Assembly: GCA_964558285.1 (NCBI GenBank) | Contig: CAZLDK010000001.1 | Location: 1 to 46,669, forward strand | From: an uncultured Spirochaetaceae bacterium | GTDB taxonomy: Bacteria; Spirochaetota; Spirochaetia; DSM-27196; PWMO01 | Reading direction: 5' to 3' | Length of the DNA stretch: 46,669 bases | In this document: positions 8,517 through 16,780 of the stretch, piece by piece | How the letters are laid out: every line of letters starts with the position of its first letter | Position numbering within the stretch: the stretch's first letter is position 1 | Notes under the pieces: generated by a model | What the model was told of the DNA's origin: nothing | What the model saw: the letters and a program-made list of their open reading frames with translations, nothing else | The model's database searches: none | Position numbers and translations under genes: made by a program

Positions 8517-10790
8517 ATGACTACTACCTCGGAAAAGACATCATCCCTGCCGATCGTTCTCCTTGTTTTCGGGATACTCATTCTGCTCTCGATTGGATTT
8601 GCAGCTTTCCGGCCCGCCACTCCTTCCTTCGTGCTGGCCGTTCTTTCGATTCCAGGTCGCTTCTTGGCGAAGACCTTTCACCTGGCTTCCCTCTTCGTCC
8701 CGGCTTACTTTCTGGTCGCCGCTCTTCACTCGACCCGGAAGCCCTTTCCTTGGCGGAGGTTTGGGTACCTTCAGCTGTTGATTCTGACCTTTCTCTTCTC
8801 CGCGGTGGCGCTTCGACTTTTCGCAGCGGGCCCGAACGGTGCTGACCTGGTGGCGTCTCCCCTCCTCGAATGGGTCGCCCGGCACTTCTCGAGGATCGGG
8901 GGAGGAATCCTCTCGGCAACCCTTGGGCTTGTAGCAGCTGTTGTGCCCCTTCTGGTTACTCGACGACGTCCGGCTTTCGCTCTGGCGCTTCCGGCTCCGG
9001 TTGCCGCGCCGGTTTCGGCAAGGGAGCAAGAGAGCAGTGGCCGAGCCGATACAGACAACGCCGAGGCCGACCGAATCGATGCCGACAGCGTCGGCACCGA
9101 CCGCTACCTCGCGGTAGCGACCCGGCCTTCCACCGAGGACGCCGACCTCGACCAGCTTGAAGAGGAGCTTGAAGAGCAGCTCGAAGAACCCGACTCAAGC
9201 TCCCCCTTCGAGCTCGATTTTATGCCGAGGGAGGACACCTCCGAGACGGAGGAGCCGCTGGTCGTTCGGTTCCGCAGCGGGCGCTTCTCCAGCGACGTCG
9301 AGAACGACCTACCGGAGACCGCCGAGCTCTCGGAACAGCTCCCGGAGCCCCGGACCCGCAGGAACTCTCCCCGGCGCCGGGGCTACAACGTACCGGTAGA
9401 CGGAATTCTGAGCGACTACGGTGCCGCGCCGTACTGGGAGATTGACGACGAGACACGACACGCCGCCGAGGTACTCCGGGTAACCCTCGAAGAGTTTCAG
9501 ATACAAGCGGAGGTTACCGGTATTCGCAAGGGTCCCGTCATCACGATGTTCGAGATTCTTCCGGCCCCGGGGGTCAAGCTCGCAAAGATTACGAACTTGG
9601 CGGACAACATCGCCCTGCGACTCGCCGCTTCGTCGGTCCGGATCGTGGCCCCGATCCCCGGAAAACACGCCGTCGGTATCGAGATACCGAATAAGACCCG
9701 ACACATCGTGGCCTTCGGGGAGCTCGTCCGGGAAAAGGGCTTTACCGCCTCGACCGCCGGGATTCCCCTCGCGCTGGGAAAAGAGATTCCCGGCGACAGT
9801 CGGATGGTCGACCTGACAAAGATGCCCCACCTTTTGATCGCCGGAGCGACCGGATCGGGAAAGTCCGTCTGCGTCAACTCGATTATCTGCTCGATCCTCT
9901 ACCGGTGTACCCCGGAACAGGTCAAGATGATCCTGATCGACCCGAAGATCGTGGAGCTAAAGTTTTACAACGACATACCCCATCTTTTGACCCCGGTAAT
10001 AACCGACCCGAAGCGAGCCTTCCAGGCCATACAGTACTGCATCTACGAGATGGAGCGACGCTACAACCTGCTGGACGCTCTCGGTGTCCGGGATGTCCGT
10101 TCCTACAACGCCAAGATAGTCCGAGAGCGAATAGCCACCGAACCCTTACCCTACCTTGTGGTCGTGGTCGACGAGTTCGCGGACCTGATGGCGACCTCGG
10201 GAAAAGAGCTCGAGACGACCCTGGCGCGCCTCGCGGCGATGTCCCGGGCGGTAGGAATACATCTCGTTCTCGCTACCCAACGTCCGTCGACGGACGTCAT
10301 TACCGGGCTTATCAAGGCGAACATTCCCTCTCGAATCGCCTTTATGGTCTCGAGCAAGGTCGACTCCCGCATAATCATCGACACCGTCGGAGCTGAGAAG
10401 CTGTTGGGGCAGGGTGATATGCTATTCGTCTCCGCCACGGATCCCTTTCCGCTGCGTCTCCAGGGGGCCTTTCTGTCGGAGGAGGAGGTCGAACGCATCG
10501 TCGCCCATGTGCGGACCCTCGGAGAACCGGACTACATCGACGAAGAGATATTCGACACCGACGAAGACGACCCGGAGCTCCAGGGGGAACTGGAAGACCC
10601 CTTGATGGAGGAAGCGATCGAGGTGGTCGTCGCGAGCCGAAAGGCCTCGGCGTCCTACCTACAGCGGCGTCTGAAGGTGGGGTACAACCGGGCGGCCCGG
10701 ATGGTCGAAGAGATGGAGCGCCTCGGTATCGTCGGTCCCCAGAACGGAAGCAAGCCCCGGGATGTCATCGGCCACGCCGAAGGACTCTGA
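8517..10790 (+). CDS. ftsK: DNA translocase FtsK/SpoIIIE
   Basis: 757 aa. N-terminal TM helices, an acidic linker, a motor domain with Walker A GATGSGKSV and Walker B VVVVDEFADL, and a C-terminal gamma (winged-helix) domain ending SYLQRRLKVGYNRAARMVEEMERLGIV. Confidence 0.94.
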   Translation: MTTTSEKTSSLPIVLLVFGILILLSIGFAAFRPATPSFVLAVLSIPGRFLAKTFHLASLFVPAYFLVAALHSTRKPFPWRRFGYLQLLILTFLFSAVALRLFAAGPNGADLVASPLLEWVARHFSRIGGGILSATLGLVAAVVPLLVTRRRPAFALALPAPVAAPVSAREQESSGRADTDNAEADRIDADSVGTDRYLAVATRPSTEDADLDQLEEELEEQLEEPDSSSPFELDFMPREDTSETEEPLVVRFRSGRFSSDVENDLPETAELSEQLPEPRTRRNSPRRRGYNVPVDGILSDYGAAPYWEIDDETRHAAEVLRVTLEEFQIQAEVTGIRKGPVITMFEILPAPGVKLAKITNLADNIALRLAASSVRIVAPIPGKHAVGIEIPNKTRHIVAFGELVREKGFTASTAGIPLALGKEIPGDSRMVDLTKMPHLLIAGATGSGKSVCVNSIICSILYRCTPEQVKMILIDPKIVELKFYNDIPHLLTPVITDPKRAFQAIQYCIYEMERRYNLLDALGVRDVRSYNAKIVRERIATEPLPYLVVVVDEFADLMATSGKELETTLARLAAMSRAVGIHLVLATQRPSTDVITGLIKANIPSRIAFMVSSKVDSRIIIDTVGAEKLLGQGDMLFVSATDPFPLRLQGAFLSEEEVERIVAHVRTLGEPDYIDEEIFDTDEDDPELQGELEDPLMEEAIEVVVASRKASASYLQRRLKVGYNRAARMVEEMERLGIVGPQNGSKPRDVIGHAEGL

Positions 10791-11862
10791 CCGCCTCCAC
10801 CAAGTCCGCGATACTTCTAACCGTCCCGGCGACCTCGGCCCCGCCTTCCCTGGGAGCGGAAGCCCAGGCCCGCACCCCGCGGTGCACCTCGTAGCGCCAC
10901 TCGTAGCTACCTCCGGACGTCGGGTTACGCTTTCGGGAGACCGAGACCGCCACGAGGGGCGCCGATGCGTCGGCCCCGGGGTCCCCGGCGGTCGACCCCG
11001 GGGACCCTGGGGAGGCAGCGGCAGCTTCCCGGCCGCCGACTCTAGAGAGACCCCGGCGGGTCCAGGTTGCCTCCTCCTCCTCCCCTGCGACCTGGAACCA
11101 GAAGCGCGGTGCTCCCTCCCTCTCGGAGGGCTGGGGATCCAGCAGAAACGCCCGGGTGACGACGCCCTCCATAGCCATGTCCTCCGGCGCCCCTATTCTC
11201 AGCATTCCCTCCGATGGATCGATCAGCCAGAGCGTATCGGCGGTATCCATGGTTTCGGCGATATCCTGGGTAGCGAGTACCACTGCCATTCCTTCGAGAC
11301 ACCGGCGCTTGAGCTCCGAGAGGACTCGCCGTTTCCACCGGGCATCGAGAAAGGCCAGGGCTTCGTCCAACACCAACAGAGGCGCCCGTTGGACGAGCCC
11401 CCGGGCAAGGTGGGCTCGGCGCCGTTCGCCGTCGCTCAGGTGCCCGAGTCGGCGGTGACGCAGACCACCGAGCTCCAGACGGGAGAGCTCCTCTTCGACG
11501 ATGGTGCGGTCGAGGGCCGAGAGCTTTCCCCGGCGACCGGTGTAGGGGTGTCGACCGAGGGCGACGAGGTCGTAGACAGTTACCACGGGGGAAAGGGACG
11601 AGGCGGCAAAGACAGCCGAGAGGTGGTGTCCCCGGAGAGCGATCGGAAGGCTCTCGACGGGGGTATCCCCAAGGAGAATCCGACCGCTTCGCGGAGGTAC
11701 CAGGCCTGTCAGGGTGCGGAGGAGGGTGCTCTTCCCGGCGCCGTTTGGCCCCAGAAGAGAGACGAACCGTCCGGGGAGAACCTCCAACGCTCCACAGGAG
11801 AAGAGCAGGGGACCCCGGGGCACTGCGATTTCGGCGTGGGAAACGCTTAGAAGCGGTTTCAT
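10765..11862 (-). CDS. ABC transporter ATP-binding protein (FecE/BtuD-type iron-siderophore/cobalamin family) with atypical catalytic motifs and a ~110-aa C-terminal extension
   Basis: The start is taken at the ATG at 11862 (MKPLLSV...), which makes an ATGA overlap with the permease stop; the ORF-track start at 12057 would overlap the permease. Walker A GPNGAGKST, signature LSDGERRR, Walker B LLVLDEA. The 3' end overlaps the ftsK 3' end by 26 nt (convergent genes). Confidence 0.85.
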   Translation of the reverse strand: MKPLLSVSHAEIAVPRGPLLFSCGALEVLPGRFVSLLGPNGAGKSTLLRTLTGLVPPRSGRILLGDTPVESLPIALRGHHLSAVFAASSLSPVVTVYDLVALGRHPYTGRRGKLSALDRTIVEEELSRLELGGLRHRRLGHLSDGERRRAHLARGLVQRAPLLVLDEALAFLDARWKRRVLSELKRRCLEGMAVVLATQDIAETMDTADTLWLIDPSEGMLRIGAPEDMAMEGVVTRAFLLDPQPSEREGAPRFWFQVAGEEEEATWTRRGLSRVGGREAAAASPGSPGSTAGDPGADASAPLVAVSVSRKRNPTSGGSYEWRYEVHRGVRAWASAPREGGAEVAGTVRSIADLVEAVRVLRRGR

Positions 11863-12854
11863 CCCTCGCTGTCCCCGAGTCCGAAGAGAATGGAGGCGAT
11901 TATCGGAATCCCTAGAAGCGAGAGTACCGCGTTGAGGGGAAGCCTTCCGTCCCTTCCGGGGAGGGAGGATACGACCTCCGCCGAAAGCGCCAGGCCGGCG
12001 CCGAAAAGGAGGCAGTAGACCAAAAGGACCCGGTGCCGCGAGCTCCGGGCCGTCCACCGGGCCAGGTGCGGCGCCGCGATACCGATAAAGGCCAGGGGAC
12101 CGCAGAACGCGGTAGCGCCCCCGGCCAGAAGGGCGGCCGCCAGAAATGTGGTTACCCGGAGCCCCCGTAGCGACACGCCGAGGAGAGTCGCCTCCTCGGC
12201 GCCGAGGTAGAGGGCGTCGAGCCGTTTCGCGTTGAGCACGGAGATGAGGACCCCGGCGCCGGTTATGACGGCGAGGATGACGATGTCGCCGTAGTCGGTG
12301 CGTCCAAAGCTCCCGAAGGTCCAGGAGACGAAGGCCGACAGCTCCCGGGGTCCTGCAAGCTGCAGTGCCAGGGTGACGACGGCGGCGAAGCCGTAACCCA
12401 TCAACACACCGAAGATCGTCAGCTTGAGGATGCTCCCGACCCGAGCGGCGAGAAGAAGCAGCAGTACGAGGGCGACTCCGGAGCCGGCGGAGGCGGCGAG
12501 GGTTGCACCGAAGGGAGAAACCGCGAACGCGGGGACCAGGAGCGCAAGAATCGCAACCCCGGCGGTCGCGGCGGCGTTTACCCCGAGGACGAAGGGACCC
12601 GCCAACGGGTTTCCCAGGAGGGTCTGCATTCCGAGTCCGGCTACGGCCAAGGCGCCCCCGGCCAAGAGCGCCGTGAGAGCACGGGGCAGACGCCCCTGGA
12701 GGATGATCCGCCCGGCCGTAGTCTCGCCCGAGACGTCGAGGAGGCCCGCCAGAGCGTCACCGATCGGGATGCTCACGGAGCCGGAGAAGAGGACGAGAGC
12801 GAAGAGGGCAATGACCGTGACCGTGGCGGCCCACGGCAAAAGGCTTCTCGGCAC
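11859..12854 (-). CDS. FecCD/BtuC-family ABC importer permease
   Basis: 331 aa, about 9-10 hydrophobic helices. FecCD-like sequence (GRLPRALTALLAGGALAVAGLGMQTLLGNPLA). It sits between the binding-protein and ATPase genes. Confidence 0.88.
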   Translation of the reverse strand: MPRSLLPWAATVTVIALFALVLFSGSVSIPIGDALAGLLDVSGETTAGRIILQGRLPRALTALLAGGALAVAGLGMQTLLGNPLAGPFVLGVNAAATAGVAILALLVPAFAVSPFGATLAASAGSGVALVLLLLLAARVGSILKLTIFGVLMGYGFAAVVTLALQLAGPRELSAFVSWTFGSFGRTDYGDIVILAVITGAGVLISVLNAKRLDALYLGAEEATLLGVSLRGLRVTTFLAAALLAGGATAFCGPLAFIGIAAPHLARWTARSSRHRVLLVYCLLFGAGLALSAEVVSSLPGRDGRLPLNAVLSLLGIPIIASILFGLGDSEG

Positions 12855-12860
12855 CTGTAC

Positions 12861-13946
12861 CTACTCCAACCGCCGGTAGTAGTAGAGCTCCCAGTCCGGG
12901 AGGAGCTCCGGATGCAAGATGGCAACCAGGTCCCGAAGGACCCGGTTGGGGTAGAGGTAGCCCGACTCAAAGATGTCCCAGGCTCCTTCCGGAGAGATGC
13001 GCCCGGTAGGCCCGTAGACCCTTCCGGTCCGGAAGGCCTCCACCTCCGGCGCGAGCCGCACGTTCCGTCGGAGATCCGCCAAGGAGAGCGCGCTCCCCGG
13101 GTTGAACCAATACTGGGCCCCGGTACCTCCCTCGAGGATCACCTCCGGGTCGAGGAGTGCGACCCCGATACCCTCGGGAGAGAGGACGGGGGTTCCCCCG
13201 GCGTCCCGAACAAAGCGTACCGCGTGGCTCTCGCGCCGAGGAATCGGCCAGACATCCCCTAGGGGTGCGTTCAGTAGCACCGTGGGAAGGGTGCCGGAGC
13301 TGGGCCCGGGGCCTCCGGAGAGCCGTGCCGCTACCTCGAGGTAGTCCCGACTCACCTCCGAGAAGACGGCTTCGGCCCGGTCTTCCTCCCCGAGAAGGAC
13401 CCCCAGAAGGAGAATCCACTCGGCCCGCCCGAGGGGATGCTCCTCGAGGTAGTCCCTGCTGTAGATGACCGGTATGCCGAACCGCCTTTCAAGCCGGCGA
13501 CGAGCGGGTGGGGGCAGGGCGTCGGGGTAGGCGATAACCAGATCTGCTTCGGCGGCGACGACCGCTTCGAGGTCGACGGTGTCCCCGCTGCCTACTGCCG
13601 CGACGGTTCCGTCTTCGAGGCGGCGGTGCACCCGCCGGGAGTAGAACCAGTGGCCCCGGGAAACCGCCGCCACGGCGTCGAGGGAGTCCAGAGCCTCGAA
13701 GGCCGGTGCGTAGCTACTCGAGAGGATGACGACCCGGCGCAGGGGTGGTGAGATGTCTCTGCCGAGGACGTAGAGATCCTCCGGGACCCCGAGGCCGCTG
13801 TTCCCGACGACTACCGATCGGCCTTTCGGCGTGTTCTCGATGCGAAAGAAGCGGGCCCATCCCGGCGACTCGGTGTCGGTCTCGGCAGGAAGCGCACCGA
13901 TGACGGCAAAGAGAAAAACGGTGCCGAGGAGCGCGACGGATTTCAG
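12861..13946 (-). CDS. Periplasmic substrate-binding protein (Peripla_BP_2 / BtuF-FhuD type); the start codon is non-canonical or unresolved
   Basis: The ORF track begins at GTG 13673, but the same frame stays open upstream. That stretch encodes a signal peptide plus the conserved N-terminal lobe (LKSVALLGTVFLFAVIGALPAE...RRVVILSSSYAPAFEALDSLDAVAAV). No ATG, GTG or TTG occurs in that stretch. The boundary given here is CTG at 13946; ATT 14006 and ATC 14009 are alternatives. Confidence 0.7.
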   Translation of the reverse strand: MKSVALLGTVFLFAVIGALPAETDTESPGWARFFRIENTPKGRSVVVGNSGLGVPEDLYVLGRDISPPLRRVVILSSSYAPAFEALDSLDAVAAVSRGHWFYSRRVHRRLEDGTVAAVGSGDTVDLEAVVAAEADLVIAYPDALPPPARRRLERRFGIPVIYSRDYLEEHPLGRAEWILLLGVLLGEEDRAEAVFSEVSRDYLEVAARLSGGPGPSSGTLPTVLLNAPLGDVWPIPRRESHAVRFVRDAGGTPVLSPEGIGVALLDPEVILEGGTGAQYWFNPGSALSLADLRRNVRLAPEVEAFRTGRVYGPTGRISPEGAWDIFESGYLYPNRVLRDLVAILHPELLPDWELYYYRRLE

Positions 13947-14665
13947 GCGCGGGCGAGACTGGGGGTAACTGCGTTCTTTTTGAGCGCGGCGCGAATGGCT
14001 TCGAATGATGGCTCGTTTCCTTCGTAGAGAGTGTAGCGGTTTCCGATGTCGGGAAGGTAGTGGGCATCGGAATCGGAAATAACGGGGAGTCTTCCCGGAG
14101 GGGGCGTCGCCGGAAGCCGAGTCGACTCCACGGCGCTGAAGGGAAGGTCCGGCACGAATCCTAGCTGGGAGCCGAGGCTGAACGCGGTTCGGTTGATGTG
14201 AGCCGGAATCGACAGGCCCCCGAGGTCGAGGGTCTTATCGACAATCTCGTCGATACTAAGAAACGAGGCGCTCAACAGAAAGAACTCCACCTCTTCCACG
14301 ACATAGTCGTCTTCGTCGACGACGACCTGGTCACCGAATCGCTTCGGGTCGTTTTCTACCCGAGGAAAGTTCTCGGCGACGAAACGACCCATCGCCAAGG
14401 CTTCGGAAACCGTGCCGAAGAGGGCCAGTACATGGACCTCCTCCCGGGTGGTTATCTCCAGGCCGTAGCAGGAGGCGATGCCCTCCCGGCGGCACGCCGC
14501 CTCGAAGGCCGGGCAGTTTAGCGCGGTGTTGTGGTCGGTTAAGGCGAGCATGTCCAGGCCGACCTCTCGGCCGCGACGAGCGATTGCCGCCGGGGAGTTG
14601 TCCCAGTCACCGCAGGGGCTCAGACAGGAGTGGATATGGAGATCGGCGCGGAAGCCGTCCATCAC
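13943..14665 (-). CDS. PHP-domain metal-dependent phosphoesterase
   Basis: 240 aa. PHP motif ADLHIHSCLSPCGD ... LALTDHNT ... ISDSDAH. The start is GTG 14665 or ATG 14662. Confidence 0.85.
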   Translation of the reverse strand: MMDGFRADLHIHSCLSPCGDWDNSPAAIARRGREVGLDMLALTDHNTALNCPAFEAACRREGIASCYGLEITTREEVHVLALFGTVSEALAMGRFVAENFPRVENDPKRFGDQVVVDEDDYVVEEVEFFLLSASFLSIDEIVDKTLDLGGLSIPAHINRTAFSLGSQLGFVPDLPFSAVESTRLPATPPPGRLPVISDSDAHYLPDIGNRYTLYEGNEPSFEAIRAALKKNAVTPSLARA

Positions 14666-14677
14666 CTCGTCCGGTAC

Positions 14678-15016
14678 CTATCCGGAGGGTGCAAGGGCGG
14701 TGTAGATTTCCCCGGACACCTGAAACTGATTCTTCTCCGTCGTAAAAACCGCTATCTGCTCCTTACGGGCCGCCTCGATCATCTCTTCCGGGAGGGGACG
14801 GCTATTGCAGATGACGAGGGCCCCGAGATTGGTCATGGACGCCACGGCGACCGTGTTCTTGTGGGCCTGGATGGTGATTAATGCCGCACCGTCCGGCGCG
14901 TTCGCCATCACGTCGCTTAAAAGGTCGGAGGTATATCCATCGGCTATCTCGCGATCGTCAAAGCTATCCTGCACAAGCTGGTAGCCGAGGAGGTCGGTAA
15001 GTTCGCTAATCTTCAC
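14678..15016 (-). CDS. DRTGG-domain protein
   Basis: 112 aa. Small alpha/beta protein with a DRTGG-like core (LLSDVMANAPDGAALITIQAHKNTVAVASMTNLGALVICNS). GTGA overlap with the upstream gene's stop. Confidence 0.72.
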   Translation of the reverse strand: MKISELTDLLGYQLVQDSFDDREIADGYTSDLLSDVMANAPDGAALITIQAHKNTVAVASMTNLGALVICNSRPLPEEMIEAARKEQIAVFTTEKNQFQVSGEIYTALAPSG

Positions 15017-15951
15017 GTCTCTTCTCCTTCATCATGGCAGTGAAGGTACACGGCGACACGAACCACCGTTCCTTCGGGGCTGCTTTCTATCGAGAACTCA
15101 TCTGATACTCTTCGAGCGTTCGGGAGGCCCATGCCGGCGCCGAAACCGAGGGAGCGCACCCAGTCGGTGGCCGTCGAGAAGCCCTCGACCATCGCTTCCT
15201 CCACGTCGGGAATTCCCGGGCCGGTGTCTTTCGCTGTAACCCGGGCAGTCTTCCCTTCGAGGGAAAAAACGATGCGGCCTCCTTGAGAATGGACGACCTG
15301 GTTCATTTCGAGCTCGTAGGTCGCTACGGCGATCCGTCGGATCGTCTTGGCGTTGCACCCCCGCTCTTTCAGGATCCGTTTTATCTCCGCCGACGGCTTG
15401 CCGGCGTTCTCGAAGTCGAACTTCCATGTGGTGAACTCGAGGTGCACATCCCCTGGGGCGGCACCGACTGCCTCCGTCCTGGTCTGTTCTTCGAGGCGCT
15501 CAACCTGCTTGTTGATTTCCACCAAGAGGGCGGTTATGACATCCCTGCTCGTCAGAATCCCGACGAGTTCTTTGTGCTTGTTGAGAATAGGAAACCGCCC
15601 GAAACGGTATTTCTCGATGTAGGAGATCGCGAAGCTGATCGGCATGTCGTCTTCCAGGACGATGAGGTTTCGGGTCATGTGGTCTTCCGCGGGGTCGTCT
15701 ATGTACCCCCCTTCCATCGCCCGAATAATGTCGTCCATGCTGATCATTCCGAAAAGCCGTTTGCCCTCGGCGATGGGTATGCCGGTAATCGATTTTTCTT
15801 TCATCGTCTTCTGGAGGTCCCGAAGCGGGGCACGACGCTCCGCCGTTTCCACGGAGCTCGTCATGACGTCCCGGACCCGAAGGCGGTAGATAAGCTCGAC
15901 GACGTACGACGGAGAATCGTCGGCGTTGATGGGAATGGTCGAGCCGGGCAT
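15013..15951 (-). CDS. CBS-pair plus GHKL (RsbW/SpoIIAB-like HATPase) domain protein
   Basis: The start is taken at ATG 15951 (MPGSTIPIN...), giving a TAATG overlap with the rex stop; the ORF-track start at 16038 would lie inside rex. Two CBS motifs (VRDVMTSS..., HMTRNLIVLED...). The C-terminal GHKL ATPase has TAKDTGPGIPD and GFGAGMGLPN. Confidence 0.8.
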   Translation of the reverse strand: MPGSTIPINADDSPSYVVELIYRLRVRDVMTSSVETAERRAPLRDLQKTMKEKSITGIPIAEGKRLFGMISMDDIIRAMEGGYIDDPAEDHMTRNLIVLEDDMPISFAISYIEKYRFGRFPILNKHKELVGILTSRDVITALLVEINKQVERLEEQTRTEAVGAAPGDVHLEFTTWKFDFENAGKPSAEIKRILKERGCNAKTIRRIAVATYELEMNQVVHSQGGRIVFSLEGKTARVTAKDTGPGIPDVEEAMVEGFSTATDWVRSLGFGAGMGLPNARRVSDEFSIESSPEGTVVRVAVYLHCHDEGEET

Positions 15952-16604
15952 TAGGTTAGGGTGCCCTCTTGCGCCGCCCGTACCAGATAGAAGAGAATCT
16001 CCAGCTCCAACCCGATGTTTACGTGATGGACGACGCATCCCTCTGCGAGCTTAGGGTCCGGGCACTTGAGGGGGACCGAGGTAAAGTTCAAAAACCCCCG
16101 GACCCCCGCTTCCACGAGGCGGTCGAAGACCTCCTGAGCGTTCTCGTCGGGGACCGTCAGAACCGCGACCTCGACCTTTTGGGCCCGTACTATCTTCTTG
16201 AGCTCCGAGATGTGGTAGATCGGGACCGGAGCCGTATGATCAACCTTCTCCTTCTCTACGTCAAAGCCGGCGACGATCCGGAGATCCTCTTTTTCTAAGG
16301 CCTTGTTCTGAAGAATGGCTGTTCCCATCCTGCCGCAGCCGACGAGGATCGCCTCCTGGGGCTCCTTCTTACCGAGAATCTGGGTTATCTCGGCGATCAG
16401 GTAGTCTATCTCGTAGCCGCCCCGTTTGTTGCCGCCGATACTTATCGCGGAAAAGTCCTTGCGAACCACCGCGGCGCTTACGCCGACAGCGTCTCCGAGA
16501 TTGTTGGAGAACACCTTGGCGAACCCGAGGGACCGCAATTGCCGGAGAACTCTGAGGTAGCGAGTTAGACGAGAGATAAGCGGCTTAGACCAAATCATAT
16601 GCAC
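15951..16604 (-). CDS. rex: Redox-sensing transcriptional repressor Rex
   Basis: 217 aa. N-terminal winged helix (RLTRYLRVLRQLRSLGFAKVFSNNLGDAVGVSAAVVRKDFS) and an NAD(H) Rossmann fold (AILVGCGRMGTAI). The start is GTG 16604 or ATG 16598. Confidence 0.9.
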   Translation of the reverse strand: MHMIWSKPLISRLTRYLRVLRQLRSLGFAKVFSNNLGDAVGVSAAVVRKDFSAISIGGNKRGGYEIDYLIAEITQILGKKEPQEAILVGCGRMGTAILQNKALEKEDLRIVAGFDVEKEKVDHTAPVPIYHISELKKIVRAQKVEVAVLTVPDENAQEVFDRLVEAGVRGFLNFTSVPLKCPDPKLAEGCVVHHVNIGLELEILFYLVRAAQEGTLT

Positions 16605-16608
16605 CCTG

Positions 16609-16657
16609 TTTCACAAAACTAATAGAACAATGCGTATTATTGTGAAGTTAGTCAACC
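16609..16657. promoter_or_regulatory. Candidate Rex operator half-sites
   Basis: TTCACAA at 16610-16616. TTGTGAA at 16640-16646 is followed by gtta-GTCAACC, which matches the TTGTGAA-N4-TTCACAA Rex consensus at 10 of 14 positions. No perfect 18-bp box is present. Confidence 0.25.
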
Positions 16658-16714
16658 CAAACATCATTCCTTAGTGAAATAAGAGTGATTGATCCAATAG
16701 ATGTGCCTTGGGGC

Positions 16715-16743
16715 TTGTTAATGGGGCGGTATCATGGTACATT
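16715..16743 (+). promoter_or_regulatory. Candidate sigma70-type promoter of the hydrogenase operon
   Basis: TTGTTA at 16715-16720, a 17-nt spacer, then TACATT at 16738-16743, inside the only long AT-rich intergenic region. It is bracketed by a 10/12 inverted repeat (16712-16723 and 16757-16768). Confidence 0.3.
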
Positions 16744-16780
16744 AGCCAAAATCGCTCACTAACAAGTCTTGGGGGTTATT

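Noticed and set aside
10762-11850. 362-aa plus-strand ORF overlapping the ABC ATPase gene
   Set aside because: The opposite strand encodes clear Walker A, signature and Walker B motifs. This ORF has only low-complexity G/P/R content.
11863-12057. N-terminal 65-aa extension of the ABC ATPase ORF, from the ORF-track start at 12057
   Set aside because: The extension overlaps the 3' end of the permease gene and is Arg/Gly/Pro-rich. The ATG at 11862 gives a canonical ATGA stop/start overlap and a normal NBD N-terminus.
15952-16038. Upstream extension of the CBS/GHKL ORF into rex, and the analogous extensions of the GHKL ORF (17047-17268) and the PhoH-like ORF (32141-32482)
   Set aside because: These extensions run inside, or antisense to, neighbouring well-supported genes and are compositionally aberrant. 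Internal starts adjacent to the upstream stop codons give normal domain N-termini.
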